Of a stretch of 64,000 nucleotides of DNA, positions 12,493-24,700 are shown one piece after another. Positions within the stretch are counted from its first letter, which is position 1. Every line of letters starts with the position of its first letter. Below the pieces are notes generated by a model, which was not told the DNA's origin, ran no database searches, and saw only the letters and a list, made by a program, of their open reading frames with translations. The stretch is from Leucoraja erinacea (taxonomy: Eukaryota): NCBI RefSeq assembly GCF_028641065.1, contig NC_073401.1, positions 14,136,001-14,200,000 of the forward strand, read 5' to 3'. Both the position numbers and the translations under genes were made by a program.

Positions 12493-13597
12493 ATAGTAGT
12501 CTCACCGCCTGCTGGGATCGTAACTGCAGTTTCAGAGGTATCCACCAGAGGGCAATGGGACCTCGGTGAACAGGTGTACAGAAATACAGCATTCTGCATT
12601 AATCCAATCCGAGGACAATTATAATTGTCCTTAGTGGAAGTTAAACTGAGTGCCTAGGCAGCGATTAAAACATAGCTCCATTGGTCTCTTGGAGGCCTTG
12701 TATTTTTCAGTAGATATTTGGATTTTCGTGCTGTTTGAATTAGAAGGGGTGTTCCAGCTCCCATCTTTGTTTGCCTAGCCACCTTCACTGTGCTTTACAA
12801 GGGAGGCAGTATTTGGGTTGGAAGCTCAGCAGGGGAAGAGGAGCAGCCACAGCACCAGAAGACAGGTGGTGGCTGGGACTGTCTGCTGCTGGGATAATGC
12901 ACTGTCCAGGACCACTTCCTTGGACTTGCTGACACCCTGCAGGCTCTTATGGCAGAGACAGTCGGCTTCTCTCATCTCCAGGGCTGTGTTTATGGACACT
13001 TTGTCCTCTGGATGCCAGCCCTCGTGCCAACAGAAAGCTCTTTGCCATTCGTGTCCAGCTAGGGTCCGATTAGAGGAGCAGAAGGATGCAGACTCGTGCA
13101 AAGTCCCCAAGATTGTAGACGGCACGGACAAGGCGGACCGTCGGTCTGTTTCCATGCTGCGTAACTTTGTGACTCTGTAAGATGAATTATTGGTGTATAA
13201 AGCTACATTGGGATACCAAAGCTTTTGAAAGACTGAAAGCAGATGGTAAAAAGTTCTGAAAAGGTCAGACAAGAACCATGGCATGATTTTTCCACATCAT
13301 ACTGACTTTTGGTGATGGTCCACATTTGAATTATCAAGTTGCCTAGTCACCCCAAAAGGTTTCCAGCAATTTCCAACTAAGTTTCAGCATTCTAGCATTG
13401 AAGTTGTTGTTTATATATTTCATTTTTAGCTATTAAAACCATCTGAAGAAGGGTCCCAACCAAAATCTATCCATGTTCTCCAGAGATGCCACCTGATCCG
13501 TTGAGTTATTCCAGCAATTTGTGTCAATAGACAATAGATGCAGGAGTTGGCCATTCGGCCCTTGGAGCCAGCACCGCCATTCAATGTGATCATGGCT

Positions 13598-13723
13598 GAT
13601 TCAGATTCAGATTCAATTTAATTGTCATTGTCAGTGTACAGCACAGAGACAACGAAATGCATTTAGCATCTCCCTTGAAGAGCGACATAGCAAACGATTT
13701 GAACAAAAAATAATAAGTGTCCA

Positions 13724-13776
<53 letters not shown>

Positions 13777-13936
13777 GGTGATTGGCAGTCACCGAGGTAC
13801 GTTGTTGAGTAGAGTGACAGCCGCCGGAAAGAAGCTGTTCCTCGACCTGCTGGTTCGGCAACGGAGAGACCTGTAGCGCCTCCCGGATGGTAGGAGGGTA
13901 AACAGTCCATGGTTGGGGTGAGTCCAGTCCTTGGCG
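13598..13936 (-). mobile_element. Rex1/Babar-type LINE 3' end nested in a CR1 tail, containing a long G run
   Basis: Minus strand reads HGLFTLLPSGRRYRSLRCRTSRSRNSFFPAAVTLLN; (tgaatc)n tail; host CR1 pieces at ~13525-13600 and ~13937-14092. Confidence 0.75.
13724..13775 (+). repeat. Poly-G homopolymer (~52 nt)
   Basis: Directly visible; shorter G/C runs at ~3313-3347, 10643, 29508, 36967. Confidence 0.9.
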
Positions 13937-15146
13937 ATCATCCCCAATCAGTACCCCGTTCCTGCCTTCTCCCCATATCCCTTGACTCCGCTATCTTTAA
14001 GAGCCCTCTCTATTGAAAGTATCCAGAGAACCGGCCTCCACTGCCCTCTGAGGCAGAGAATTCCACAGACTCACAACTCTCCGTGTGAAAACTCTTCTTT
14101 GTAACCCAGCATCTACAACTCCTTGTATCGAGTATTTATGTTTGCTGGGGATCCTGGCTGTTAGTGGATATATGATGTAGACCAAAGAGAAAAATCACCG
14201 TTTTAATGAATGCCTATTTTTCGTTTATTGATAATAATCAGTCAGAACAGTTTTCCCGGTTTCACTTTTTCAAGGGTCGACCAATCCAGTAGCCTCAGGC
14301 ACCTGAATCAGACCAACTAACTTTCCATTGGGAAAACCACATGAGGAATCTGCCATTAGATCAGGAATGAAGGAATTGGTTTTCCTCTGTAATTCAACTT
14401 AGCTTTTGGAAAGAAAGGAGAAAAAAATTGTTCTGGATCCATTTTCTTCTTTGAAGTTCTTTGCTAGTCTTTCTGCTACTTGTAACGCCACACTTGTTAT
14501 GTGCATTTTCTCCAAAGATCCCTTGACTTGAGGTACAGAAATTTGAATGTTGGTGTTTACATTTTTGTGTTGTGACTTAGTCAGGTGCAGTACCCAGCCA
14601 TTTAATTGTAATGATTATGACTTTTAAAAGACATTTGGCCAGATATATGGATAGGAAGGGTTTAGAGGCACATGGGCCCAATGCAGGCATAATGGGGTTA
14701 ACTTGGTCGGCATGGACAAGGTTAATATTTGGTTATCCGCATCCAAATGCAAATTAAACCATTGCTTTCCTCTCTTACCAATGTGACTGTGCTAATACAC
14801 ACAGTAATATGATTCCAAATGCTTTGGAGCGTAATACTGAGGCGACTGAAATTCCCAAGGGTGCACAGCAAATTACAATTTTAACTTGCAATTCTCATAA
14901 AATGCACAACATGCAATTTGATTAAACCATCTTAGGATTTGTTCTCAAACTAAACTACAAATCCTAAAAATCCTGGTGCGTCAGGTAACTGCAGTAGAAA
15001 GGCTTGTGTTGCTCGCACCATTGTAAAGAATAGCATACTAGGTGTTGCATCAACTGCGGCAGGAGGTGATGAATTGCTATTTTGCAGTCTATTCACATGA
15101 TTATAGGTTATTCCTGTCAAACTGTGACGTTTTGCATCTATTTCAG

Positions 15147-15195
15147 GGCAGATGAAGTGGGGTTGATCATGACCAACTTGGAGAAGGCTAATCAG
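15147..15195 (+). CDS. CUX2: CUX2 coding exon
   Basis: tttcag|G...CAG|gtaag; ADEVGLIMTNLEKANQ, the CUX2-type version (CUX1 has ADEIEMIMTDLERANQ); phase fits previous exon. Confidence 0.95.
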
Positions 15196-15420
15196 GTAAG
15201 AAAGAAGCAGAGTTGAGTCTGTAAAAGTATTAATCGTGTAGGATTCAATTTTAAAAAGGAATGAAAAGGCATAATAAAGGTGGCATGATTTATTAATTTA
15301 TTAATTAAATTTCCTGAACATTTGCAGAATGTATTGGTTTTGCATGTTTGCTAACTAGTGATTTATCTACCAAAGGATGCCATGTTGTGTACGGCACAGC
15401 TTCTTAAAAGAGCTGCTATA

Positions 15421-15723
15421 GTTTAGTTTAGAGATACAGCGTGGAAACAGGCCCTTTGGCCCACCAAGTCCATGCTGACCAACGATCTCCGTACACAAGC
15501 ACTACCTTACACATTCGGGACAATTTACAATTTTTACCAAAGCCAATTAACTGACAAACCTGCGCGCCTTTGGGATGTGGGAGGAAACTGGAGCACCCGA
15601 AGAAAACCCACGCAGGTCACGGGAAGAACGTACAAACTCCGTACAGGCGGCACGCATTGTCGGGATCGAACCGGGTCTCAGACGCTGTAAGGCAGCAATT
15701 CCACCGCTGTGCCACCGTGCCGC
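15421..15723 (-). mobile_element. HE1/V-SINE copy
   Basis: Reverse complement of the same SINE. Confidence 0.85.
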
Positions 15724-16144
15724 TCCAAACTAGCATGTTAGTGATGTATCGACCAAGGGATGCCATGTTGTGCACTGCGCACAGCTTCTTAAAAAAGCTG
15801 CAATACTTCTGTGGAAATTGGAAGCAAGCTGAATGAGATTGATGATAATTTGACATGAAGACAAGTTGTCATGAAGTTACACCCAGCTTGTACTGAAACC
15901 AGAGTAGACCTTCCAGCCTTCAGCGAAGGACACGAAAATAATCCATCTCAACGTTGGTAAAATTGCAACTGGTGGGTTTCTGGGGAACTTCCTGAGACTG
16001 ACCAGTCTGTTTTTAGCTCTGCTCAGCTTTGCACTGCATCCCTGTCATCAGCTTGACTGCCTTTAGGTCACGCAAGGAGAGGGACAACCATTCGCGGGAC
16101 AAACGGAATGGAGGCAACGGCTGCAACGGGCCTCTGTAAAATGG

Positions 16145-16465
16145 CACCCCTTGCATGGAGCGCAGCGGTAGAGTTGCTGCCTTACAGCAAATGCAGCGGC
16201 GGAGACCCGGGTTCGATCCCAACTACGGGTGCTGTCTGTACGGAGTTTGTACGTTCTCCCCGTGACCTGCATGGGTTTTCTCCGAGATCTTTGGTTTCCT
16301 CCCACACCAAAAACGTACAGGTTTGTAGGTTAATTGGCTTGGTAAATGTAAAAATTATTCCTAGTTGGGTGTAGGATAGTGTTAATGTGCGGGGATCGCT
16401 GGTCGGCGTGGACCCGGTGGGCCGAAGGGCCTGTTTCCGCGCTGTATCTCTAAACTAAACTAAAC
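16145..16465 (+). mobile_element. tRNA-derived HE1/V-SINE, representative near-intact copy
   Basis: A/B-box head (gcgcagcggtagag...gggttcgatccc), V-domain core (ggagtttgtacgttctcccc...gggttttctccg), CR1-like gggccgaagggcctgtttcc tail and (taaac)n; roughly 30 copies on both strands across the window. Confidence 0.85.
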
Positions 16466-18047
16466 TCAGTGGCCTATTCGGCACCAACCAGGGGATTGTG
16501 CTTCTGTATGGTGATGGTCTTGCTGAGATGTATGCACAAAACGTATTTCACTCTACATTGGTACACGTAATAATAAAGGAACCATTGACCAATTGATTAT
16601 TCACCGACCAACCTTATAGACTGAACATAGAAATAAGGAACTGCAGATGCTAGTTTACATAAGAGGGCACAGAGTACTGAGGATTCCTGAACCGAAACAT
16701 CACCTAACTATATTCTTCAGAGATGCTGCCTGACTTGTTGTGTCCTGTTTTCTAAACTGAATATTCTGAGCTAGTCAACGTGAGGGAATAGCTTCAAGGT
16801 GAGAGGGGCAAAGTTTAAAGGAGATGTGCAGGACAAGTTTTTTTTTACACAGAAGGTGGTGAGTGCCTGAAACGTGCCGTGAGTGGTGCTGGTTGAAGCA
16901 GATACATTAGGGCCATTTGAAAGACTTTTAGTTGGGCACATGGGTATGCAGGGAATGGAGGGAAATGGATTATGAGCAGGGATATATGCTCATATGACTT
17001 ATGAAATCTCTCTACTTTGTAAAAACAATTCTCCTCAAAACCATTCCCTTTATGAGCATCTTTTCAAGAGAGTCAAGAGTATATAATTGTTATATGTATC
17101 GAAAATGTAATAATGAAATTCTTACTTGCAGTAGCATAACAAGCCTGTAAATACACGACTCATAAATAGGGCTGGCACATTGGCGCAGCGGTAGATTTGT
17201 TGTCTTACAGTGCCAGAGACCCGGGTACAATCCTGACTACGGGTTCTGTCAGTACGGAGTTTGTATGTTCTCCATGACCGTATGGTTTTTTTCTGGGAGC
17301 TCCGGTTCCCTCCCACACTACAAAGACGTTAAGATTTGTAGGTTACTTGGCTTCTGTAAAAGTTGTAAATTGTCCCTAGTGTGTAGGGTAGGGCTAGGGT
17401 ACGGGGTGATTGCTGGTTGGCTTGGACTCGGTGGATCAAAGGGCCTATTTCCGCATTGAATCTATAAACTAAACTAAGATAACATAGTAAACCAAAAAAT
17501 AAAAAAAATAATAATATTAATGCAAAAAGCCCAAACTCCTTAGTGCAACCAAGACAGTTCAGAGTTTAGTTAGTGCTTGTAATGTTAAAGAACCTGATGA
17601 TTGTTGGGAGGAAGCTGGCCTTGAACCCAGAAATCATGGTTTTCAGACCCCTGTACCTTCTTCACAATGACTGGTATGAAATGAAACATAGAAACATAGA
17701 AAATAGGTTGCAGGAGTAGGCCATTCGGCCCTTCGAGCCAGTCTGCCATTCAATATGATCATGGCTGATCATCCAAAATCAGTACCCCTTCTTTCTCCCC
17801 GTATCCCTTGATTCCATTGAGCCCTAAGAGCTAGATCTAACTCTCTCTTTAATTCATACATTGAAAGCAAATGAGAGTGTGGCCAGGGTGGTGTGGATCT
17901 GTGATGCTAGCTGCCTATTTCTGGTTTTTACCTTTGAGTTGAGTTGTCTGCTCCTGGTCAGAATCCACCACCCTGTTTTATCAACCACCTGCGGTCTGTC
18001 TGCCAGTAGTGTTCACAGCCTGCCCTGTTTCATATGTGCATCTAGAC

Positions 18048-18319
18048 CAGTGGTTCCCAACGTGGGGCGTACGCCCCACAGGGGGGCAATTTGATTTTTA
18101 AGCGGGGCAATTGAGCGCGACTGAGGAGGTCTGGGTCCAAATTTTCAATTTTTCTTTTTTGGGATTTTCCATCAGGTAAACATATGTAGTTTATGTTTCA
18201 GATGTTATTTTGAGTAAATATTTTTTTATTTAAGAATTATATATCACCACATGGGGGGGGCATCAGGATTTTAGGGGTGATTAGGTGGGGCATGGCCAAA
18301 AAAAGGTTGGGAACCACTG
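18048..18319. mobile_element. hAT (Charlie-like) MITE, short variant
   Basis: TIR cagtggttcccaa / ttgggaaccactg; 8-bp TSD atctagac. Confidence 0.92.
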
Positions 18320-19586
18320 ATCTAGACACAGCTTCAGAAGGCTATTTTGCCAGTGTTATAGGGCCGCAAACTGTTCATATAAATTGCTGAAGGCTTCATC
18401 AAATGATGAACCATCAGCTCACCTGCCTCTCTATCTCCCCCACTGATTTATTTGTCTGTCTGCAGAATGCAGTCTTCCCACTCAGTCTTCGTCAACCTTC
18501 AGCAGTCTCTTTTCACATCTGGAATGTGTCTTTATAAGCTTGTTTTAAACAAAATAAGCCAGACTTCCCAGTCTTGGAGATCGGCCTTCAGTTTAGTGTG
18601 GAGAAACAGGCCCTTCGGCCCACAGAGTCCAGGCTGAGCAGTGATCCCCTAGTTCTATTCTACATATTAGGGACAATTTACAGAAGCTGATTAACTTACA
18701 AACCTGCACTTGTTTGGGAGGAACCCGGGTGAAAATCCTTGCAGTCACATGGAGATTGTATAAACTCCGTACAGACGGCCCCCGTAGTCAGGATCAAACT
18801 CGGTTCTCACGTGCTTTATAGCAGCAACTCTACCGCTGCGCCACTGTGTGAAAAAAGGTTCTGACTGTCTATCCTATCTATGTCTCTATAATTCAATGTA
18901 CGTCTATCAGGTCTCCCATCAGTTTTGCTCCAGAGAAAACAATCCCAAATTTGTCCAACCCCTTATAGCTAAAGAAAGGGTGAAAAGGGTGAAAAAATGA
19001 TTTAATTGTCAATTATTAAAAGATAAATATCTACCGTGCAGTGTGCAGCAATACTAGCATGAGTGACATTGTCTGTCATTTGGATTTGAACTTTTCAAGT
19101 ACCTTGAGTCCTTGGATGATGCTTGAACCTTGTGAATAACACACATGCTAAGAGAGGCATTTGAGCTAGTGTTTGAATTTTTTATCTACAGTAGATGTAA
19201 TCCACCAGTTCAAAGTCCTCTACAAATTATGCACTAGCTGTGCTTGTTATCAATATTAGTCCCGGATTAATTTTGTCAAAGACTTGCCCATATCTGGAAT
19301 GAGCTGCGAAAATAAGATGTAGAACTGTGGCCAATTCTGATTTTTAAAAGACATTTGAACCAATATGGATAGGATGGGTTTAGAGGGCTATTGGCGAAAT
19401 GCATGCTAAATATGCTAACTTAGTTGGCATGGACAAGGTGGGCCGAAGGGCCTGTTTCCCTGCTGTACAGCTCTATGACTCTAATTGAGACCATTAAGAA
19501 CAGAAAAATTGGAAGTAAAGGATCACAGATGATGTTGGTGATTCATGAAGTTGGAATTCAGCTTTTCACTTTTTTCTATGTTCCAG

Positions 19587-19685
19587 AGGGCAGCAGCTGC
19601 TCAGAGGGAAGTGGAGAGTCTTCGAGAACAGTCCGTAAATTGCTCCATTCACCTCGACTGTCATTCTCCACGGATTGGGGGAGTG
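19587..19685 (+). CDS. CUX2: CUX2 coding exon
   Basis: ttccag|AGG...GTG|gtaag; RAAAAQREVESLREQSVNCSIHLDCHSPRIGGV. Confidence 0.92.
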
Positions 19686-20592
19686 GTAAGGAAATGGGAT
19701 CAAAGGGGGAAGAATGCTGTGCCAATCTGGTGAACAGCAGCCGGGATTAATTCACAATGCATAAAGATGCCGTCTGACTAGCTTGAGGAAATAATCAAAA
19801 CATCATTAAGTATCGAGGCAAAGCTGACAAGTGAACTCAAAGCAGTGAAGGCTCAAGACAAATACAGAGTTTAAATTGAGATGTTAGCTGGTTGATAGAG
19901 ACAAGAACTTGTTGGAATGTCCTACAAGATCACAAGTGGTTTGCATTGGTGTACTCCAGAGCTCAGCTGGGGTATTATTACTCCAACACCTATTGAAGAT
20001 TCAGATTTAGAAAATAGAATCCAAAGGGCAACGCAATGGTGCAGTGGTAGAGTTGCAGCTTCACAGCGCCAGGGACCCAAGTTCGATCATGACTACGGGT
20101 GCTTTCTGTACGGAGTTTGCATGTTCTCCCTGTGACCGCATGTATTTTCACCGGGTGCTCCGGTTTCCTCACACATTCCTCACAAAGACGTATGGGTTTG
20201 TAGGTTAATTAACTTCTGTAAATTGACCCTAGTGTCTAGGATAGAACTAGTGCATGATTGATCATGGTCAGCGCAGACTCGGTGGACTGAAGGGCCTTCC
20301 ACACTGTATCACTAAACCAAACTAAAATCTAATTGAGTGGAGTTTTTGCACAGATATTGGGGAAGTTTCACACTAAGGGGGGTGGGTGTATGGAACCAGC
20401 TGCCAGAGGAGGTAGTTGAGGCTGGGACTATCCTCAACATTTAAGAAACAGTTAGACAGGTACATGGATAGGACCAAATGCTGGCAGGTATGACTAGTGT
20501 AGCTGGGTCATGTTGGGCCAAAGGGCCTGGTTTCACACTGTATCACTCTATGACTCTGAGGGTGAAAATAGCTCAAAGCAAACCATAGAGTA

Positions 20593-20823
20593 ACACAGAG
20601 AGTGGTGAATCTCTGGAACTCTCTGCCACAGAGGGTAGTTGAGGCCAGTTCATTGGCTATATTTAAGAGGGAGTTAGATGTGGCCCTTGTGGCTAAAGGG
20701 ATCAGAGGGTATGGAGAGAAGGCAGGTACGGGATACTGAGTTGGATGATCAGCCATGATCATATTGAATGGCGGTGCAGGCTCGAAGGGCCGAATGGCCT
20801 ACTCCTGCACCTATTTTCTATGT
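20593..20823 (+). mobile_element. Short CR1 3' fragment
   Basis: acacagagagtggtgaatctctgg...gggccgaatggcctactcctgcacc, same family. Confidence 0.88.
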
Positions 20824-21781
20824 ATCAATGTAACTGCAGGCAAGTATAAAATATTGCACAAGATACTTCAGAGACAGGTTTACAAAAATCACAAACTGCT
20901 TGAATATTGTGAAGTCTTCTGCAGTAGACCGGGGCTGTCCATCTCACTCTTAATTCTTGCGTGCAACATTTTACATAGTGCTGTAGTAACTCAGTGGGTC
21001 AGGCGGCATCTATAGAGAACAAGGATTGGTGAAATTTTAAGACGGGACCTATCCACCTGACCTAGTCAGTCTACTGCAAAAGACTTCAGTATACTCAGCT
21101 TTTGGGGTCAATGATTAAAAGGTCAAGAGAAAGGTCAAAGAGTATGGGATCATCAGTAAAGATGAAAATCCAGAAACCATTTTTAAAATGTGGTGAAATG
21201 GGGGAATAACCGTAGGAAGCACAGTGTAAAATAGAATGTGCTCGGTCATTTAGGGGCAGCACAATGGCGCAGCGGTAGAGTTGCTACCTTACAGCGCCAG
21301 AGATTCTGACTGTCTGTACGGAGTTTGTACGTTCTCCCTGTGACCAAGTGGGTTTTCTCCTGGAGTTGCGATTGCCTCTCACACTCCAAAGACGTACAGG
21401 TTTATAGGTTAATTGGGTTCAGTAAAATTGTAAATAGTCTCTCGTGTGTGTGTGATTGTGCCAATGTAGGTGAGACTCGGTGGGGCCGAAGGGCCAGTTT
21501 CCGGGCTGTAGCTCTAACGTCTAACATTTAAAGTCATGCTGCTTCTGACGTGATCTTGCGGTCCGATACTGTTCTTCCGTATCATTTATTTGATGATGGA
21601 TGTCAGTAGTTGGAACATGTTTTCTGATATTTAACTGTTTGGCGATAAGAAATGTAATTGGAGGCACAATAGTAGCTTTTCCTTGAGTTGGTTTTTGACC
21701 TGTTCATGTGTTTAAGGCCCCGCGCTGGTATTCTAATTCATAACATTACCTTTGGCAGTGGCCACAAGATGTTGTCCCTAG

Positions 21782-24700
21782 ATTTTACTTCGGAGTCACG
21801 TGAGTGATTCCGTGAAGACCCCAGCTCTACTGTGCATGCGACATAATCGCACAGCTGTGCAGAACGCGGCCAGCGGGAGTCGGGCTAGCTCCCGCATCCA
21901 AGGACGAGAGGTAAGTACTTACCTTAATCGGGCCTTGTGGTTTTTGCTCCAGGGGGAGCAAAGTAGAGAGGCATGGTGAGCGGCCCCGTTTCGACTCCAG
22001 CGTGGAGCCGACAGTGGACGGGGAAAAGGCGCTACCCGGACCGCAAACGCTGCGGACCGCTGCAAGGAGCTGCGCTAATGCCGGTCCGCTGAACAGCTGT
22101 TTGGTAACAGCAGCGGACCAGCGGGAAGTTTAAAAACCCGACCGGCAGCCCTGCAGACTCCTGACAAAGAGAATCGCCGCCCGGGAACCGCCACAATGCC
22201 GCCTGGAAAACGGCAGGCAGCCTCTACATACAGGTAAGAGAAAAATCTTCCCAATTCAACAGGTTCTACAGGAGCCAACTTCCTCCAAAACTGGAACAGG
22301 TTGGAGACAGCAAAAATAAGTATGTCTGTCTCCCCAAGCCAGAGGAGGTCATGGAGTTCACCTCCAGGAAAGGGGCACTGGCTGAATGCCAAGGGAGCTG
22401 ACTCCTACCCCAGTGCTATTGCACTAGCCATCTCCCTTGGCGAGGGATTGATGCAACAGCGGAGTTTGAGCTATGCCTCCTCCAATTTATAGCACACCCT
22501 TTTGCTCCCTCTTTTGAGGCTAGCTAAGGAGGCCAGGGCTGGGCTGGCTTAAACGCTGGGCAGGCGGACGAGAACAGCAGTATGCCAGGGGAGCAGGATC
22601 AGGAAGAGCTACTGGGTGTCGTGGGCCACTACATGGCTCCTCCACGCGACCATCTTCCCAACAAAGCCCTGCAGGAGCAGGCCTTTCCAGAGGCAAATCC
22701 GCAGGCAGCTGGGTCAGCGGACTCGCAGACAAGCAGCGAATTCTACAGAAGGGTCAAGATGTTACCGCCTTTGCTCGTTTTTTCCACGGATTATACTCTC
22801 CCAGGATGAGACTATCCCATTGCACTACCAGGGTGCTGACGCCTAAGATGTTCCCAAATTTGGGATACTCGACTGAACAATGGTGCATATAGACCTGCCC
22901 GCAACCCCAAATATATGGGGCTATGCAAACCGCTGCTGCGGGAAGAGAGGCAGCTAAACCTGTGCGCCTCATGAAGGCAGGCCATGGAACGAGCAGGACA
23001 TCGCATCCAACACCCAGCTGGCAGCACCCCTCGGCATCCACCAGCGATATCAAACAAGGACTGGTGAAAGCCTGGCGACCGCTTCACATTACCCCCAAAG
23101 TTCTTTTTAGACGGGGCCTAGAGCGGAGCCGTGGGAAGATGCGCCGCCCCACCGACAGCACCAGCATACCAGCAAACTACGCCTTCATGAAAAAACAACA
23201 AACATGGAGGTAGGTAGTCTGGTTCCTCCCAGTTTACACTAAACAAGGGTGTTCTACTAACTGCGGGGGGGGGGGCATTTACACTTGTTAATAAAGCATG
23301 GGATGCTGTCACAAATAACTAAAATATACTCAACAGTATTAGAGGATAAAAACAAATTCAAATTGGGCATATTACCGCCAGTTCAGCAATGCGCCCAAAG
23401 GGCACTTTCTCCCTCTAAGAAAAGAGAAGTGAGAAGGTCAAGCTGAACTAGAAAGGCTCATTACTAAACGGATCATGGGAGTAAACATGAACCATTGGAA
23501 ACTACAAAAGATGGTGAATGTAGCATCATCATTGATCTAATATCACTAAATAAATCTGTTGAGTATATATACACTTTAAGATGGAGATGGGTTTTTGTCA
23601 CTGTCAGGCATCTGATCTCCCAAGGATACCTAAGGGGAGCATTGATATGGAAGATGCTAACTATCTTATACCCATACACTAAGATCATTATAGATACCTA
23701 AAAATTTTACCTGGATAATGGATATCCCGGTTAGGGCAACCATGGAAGCACAGAGCAGTCCCTATGGCCTAACCTCAGCCCTAAACTATTAAATATTAAA
23801 ACGGCCATGAAAATATTAAGAAAACAAGCATAATCATGGCATATATTGGATGATATCCTCATATTAGGGGAAACAAAGGAATTAGCTGTGGCAGCAGTTC
23901 TAGCTACGAAACAGCTCCCTAAAGCTCTGAGGTTATCCCACGCCCAGATAAACCAGAATTGAAGCGTTAACTACCAAGGATTATCTGGGCTTCAATAATA
24001 ATTCCGTCCATATCACTGTTACTTTGCCAAGGTACTTGGGCTATATCACAACTAAGGTGGTGGGTAGACATCTATTTGGCATAGTTTTCAGCCCTATTAT
24101 CATCACCAATCCCAATTTGGTTATTAAAAACCGATGCCAATACTTTAGGCTGGGGAGCAACTAAACTCCATATCCAGCACAGGTAACAGATGGACCAATT
24201 CACAAACATCGTTACTACACATACCGGGCATCAACTACTTAGGATTGGTGAGCGTCTATTGGGCTAAAAAGCATATGCATTTCAAATGCAGCACGTACAT
24301 ATGTGGTTACGGATTGATAATACTATGGTGGTGGCTTATATCAACCATATGGGGAGCATAATAATCATTGTTGTGCATCAAATTGGTCAAACAAATCTGG
24401 CAATGGTGTGTCAAAAGACATTTTAACTATCAGCTGCCTATGTCCTAGGAAGCTAGAACACAGTGGGAGACACCAGGTCACGGGGTAAAATTTATGATTA
24501 CATTGAATAGATGTTAAACCCAAAATATCTGCTAAAGGTATTAAGCAGTTTGAAAGCCAGATATCAATTTGGTTGCACAAGAAGGAATCACCAGTAACCT
24601 ATGTATGTGACTTGGGAACCAGATTAGAGGCAGCAGCGATAGATGCCTACACGCTGGAAGGGGGAATTTCTGCTTTGCCTTCCTCCCTTCTGCCTCATCA

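Noticed and set aside
12826-13284. 152-aa minus-strand ORF with a hydrophobic, GPI-signal-like C-terminus
   Set aside because: No recognisable domain, partly overlaps a LINE/SINE tail, no supporting exon structure; weak resemblance to transposon proteins could not be substantiated
13724-13775. Polyproline ORFs / functional G-quadruplex
   Set aside because: Homopolymer lies within a retroelement 3' region; its length is unreliable in assemblies and the ORFs are artefacts
16145-16230. tRNA genes
   Set aside because: tRNA-like A/B boxes are SINE heads running into V-SINE core and LINE-derived tail
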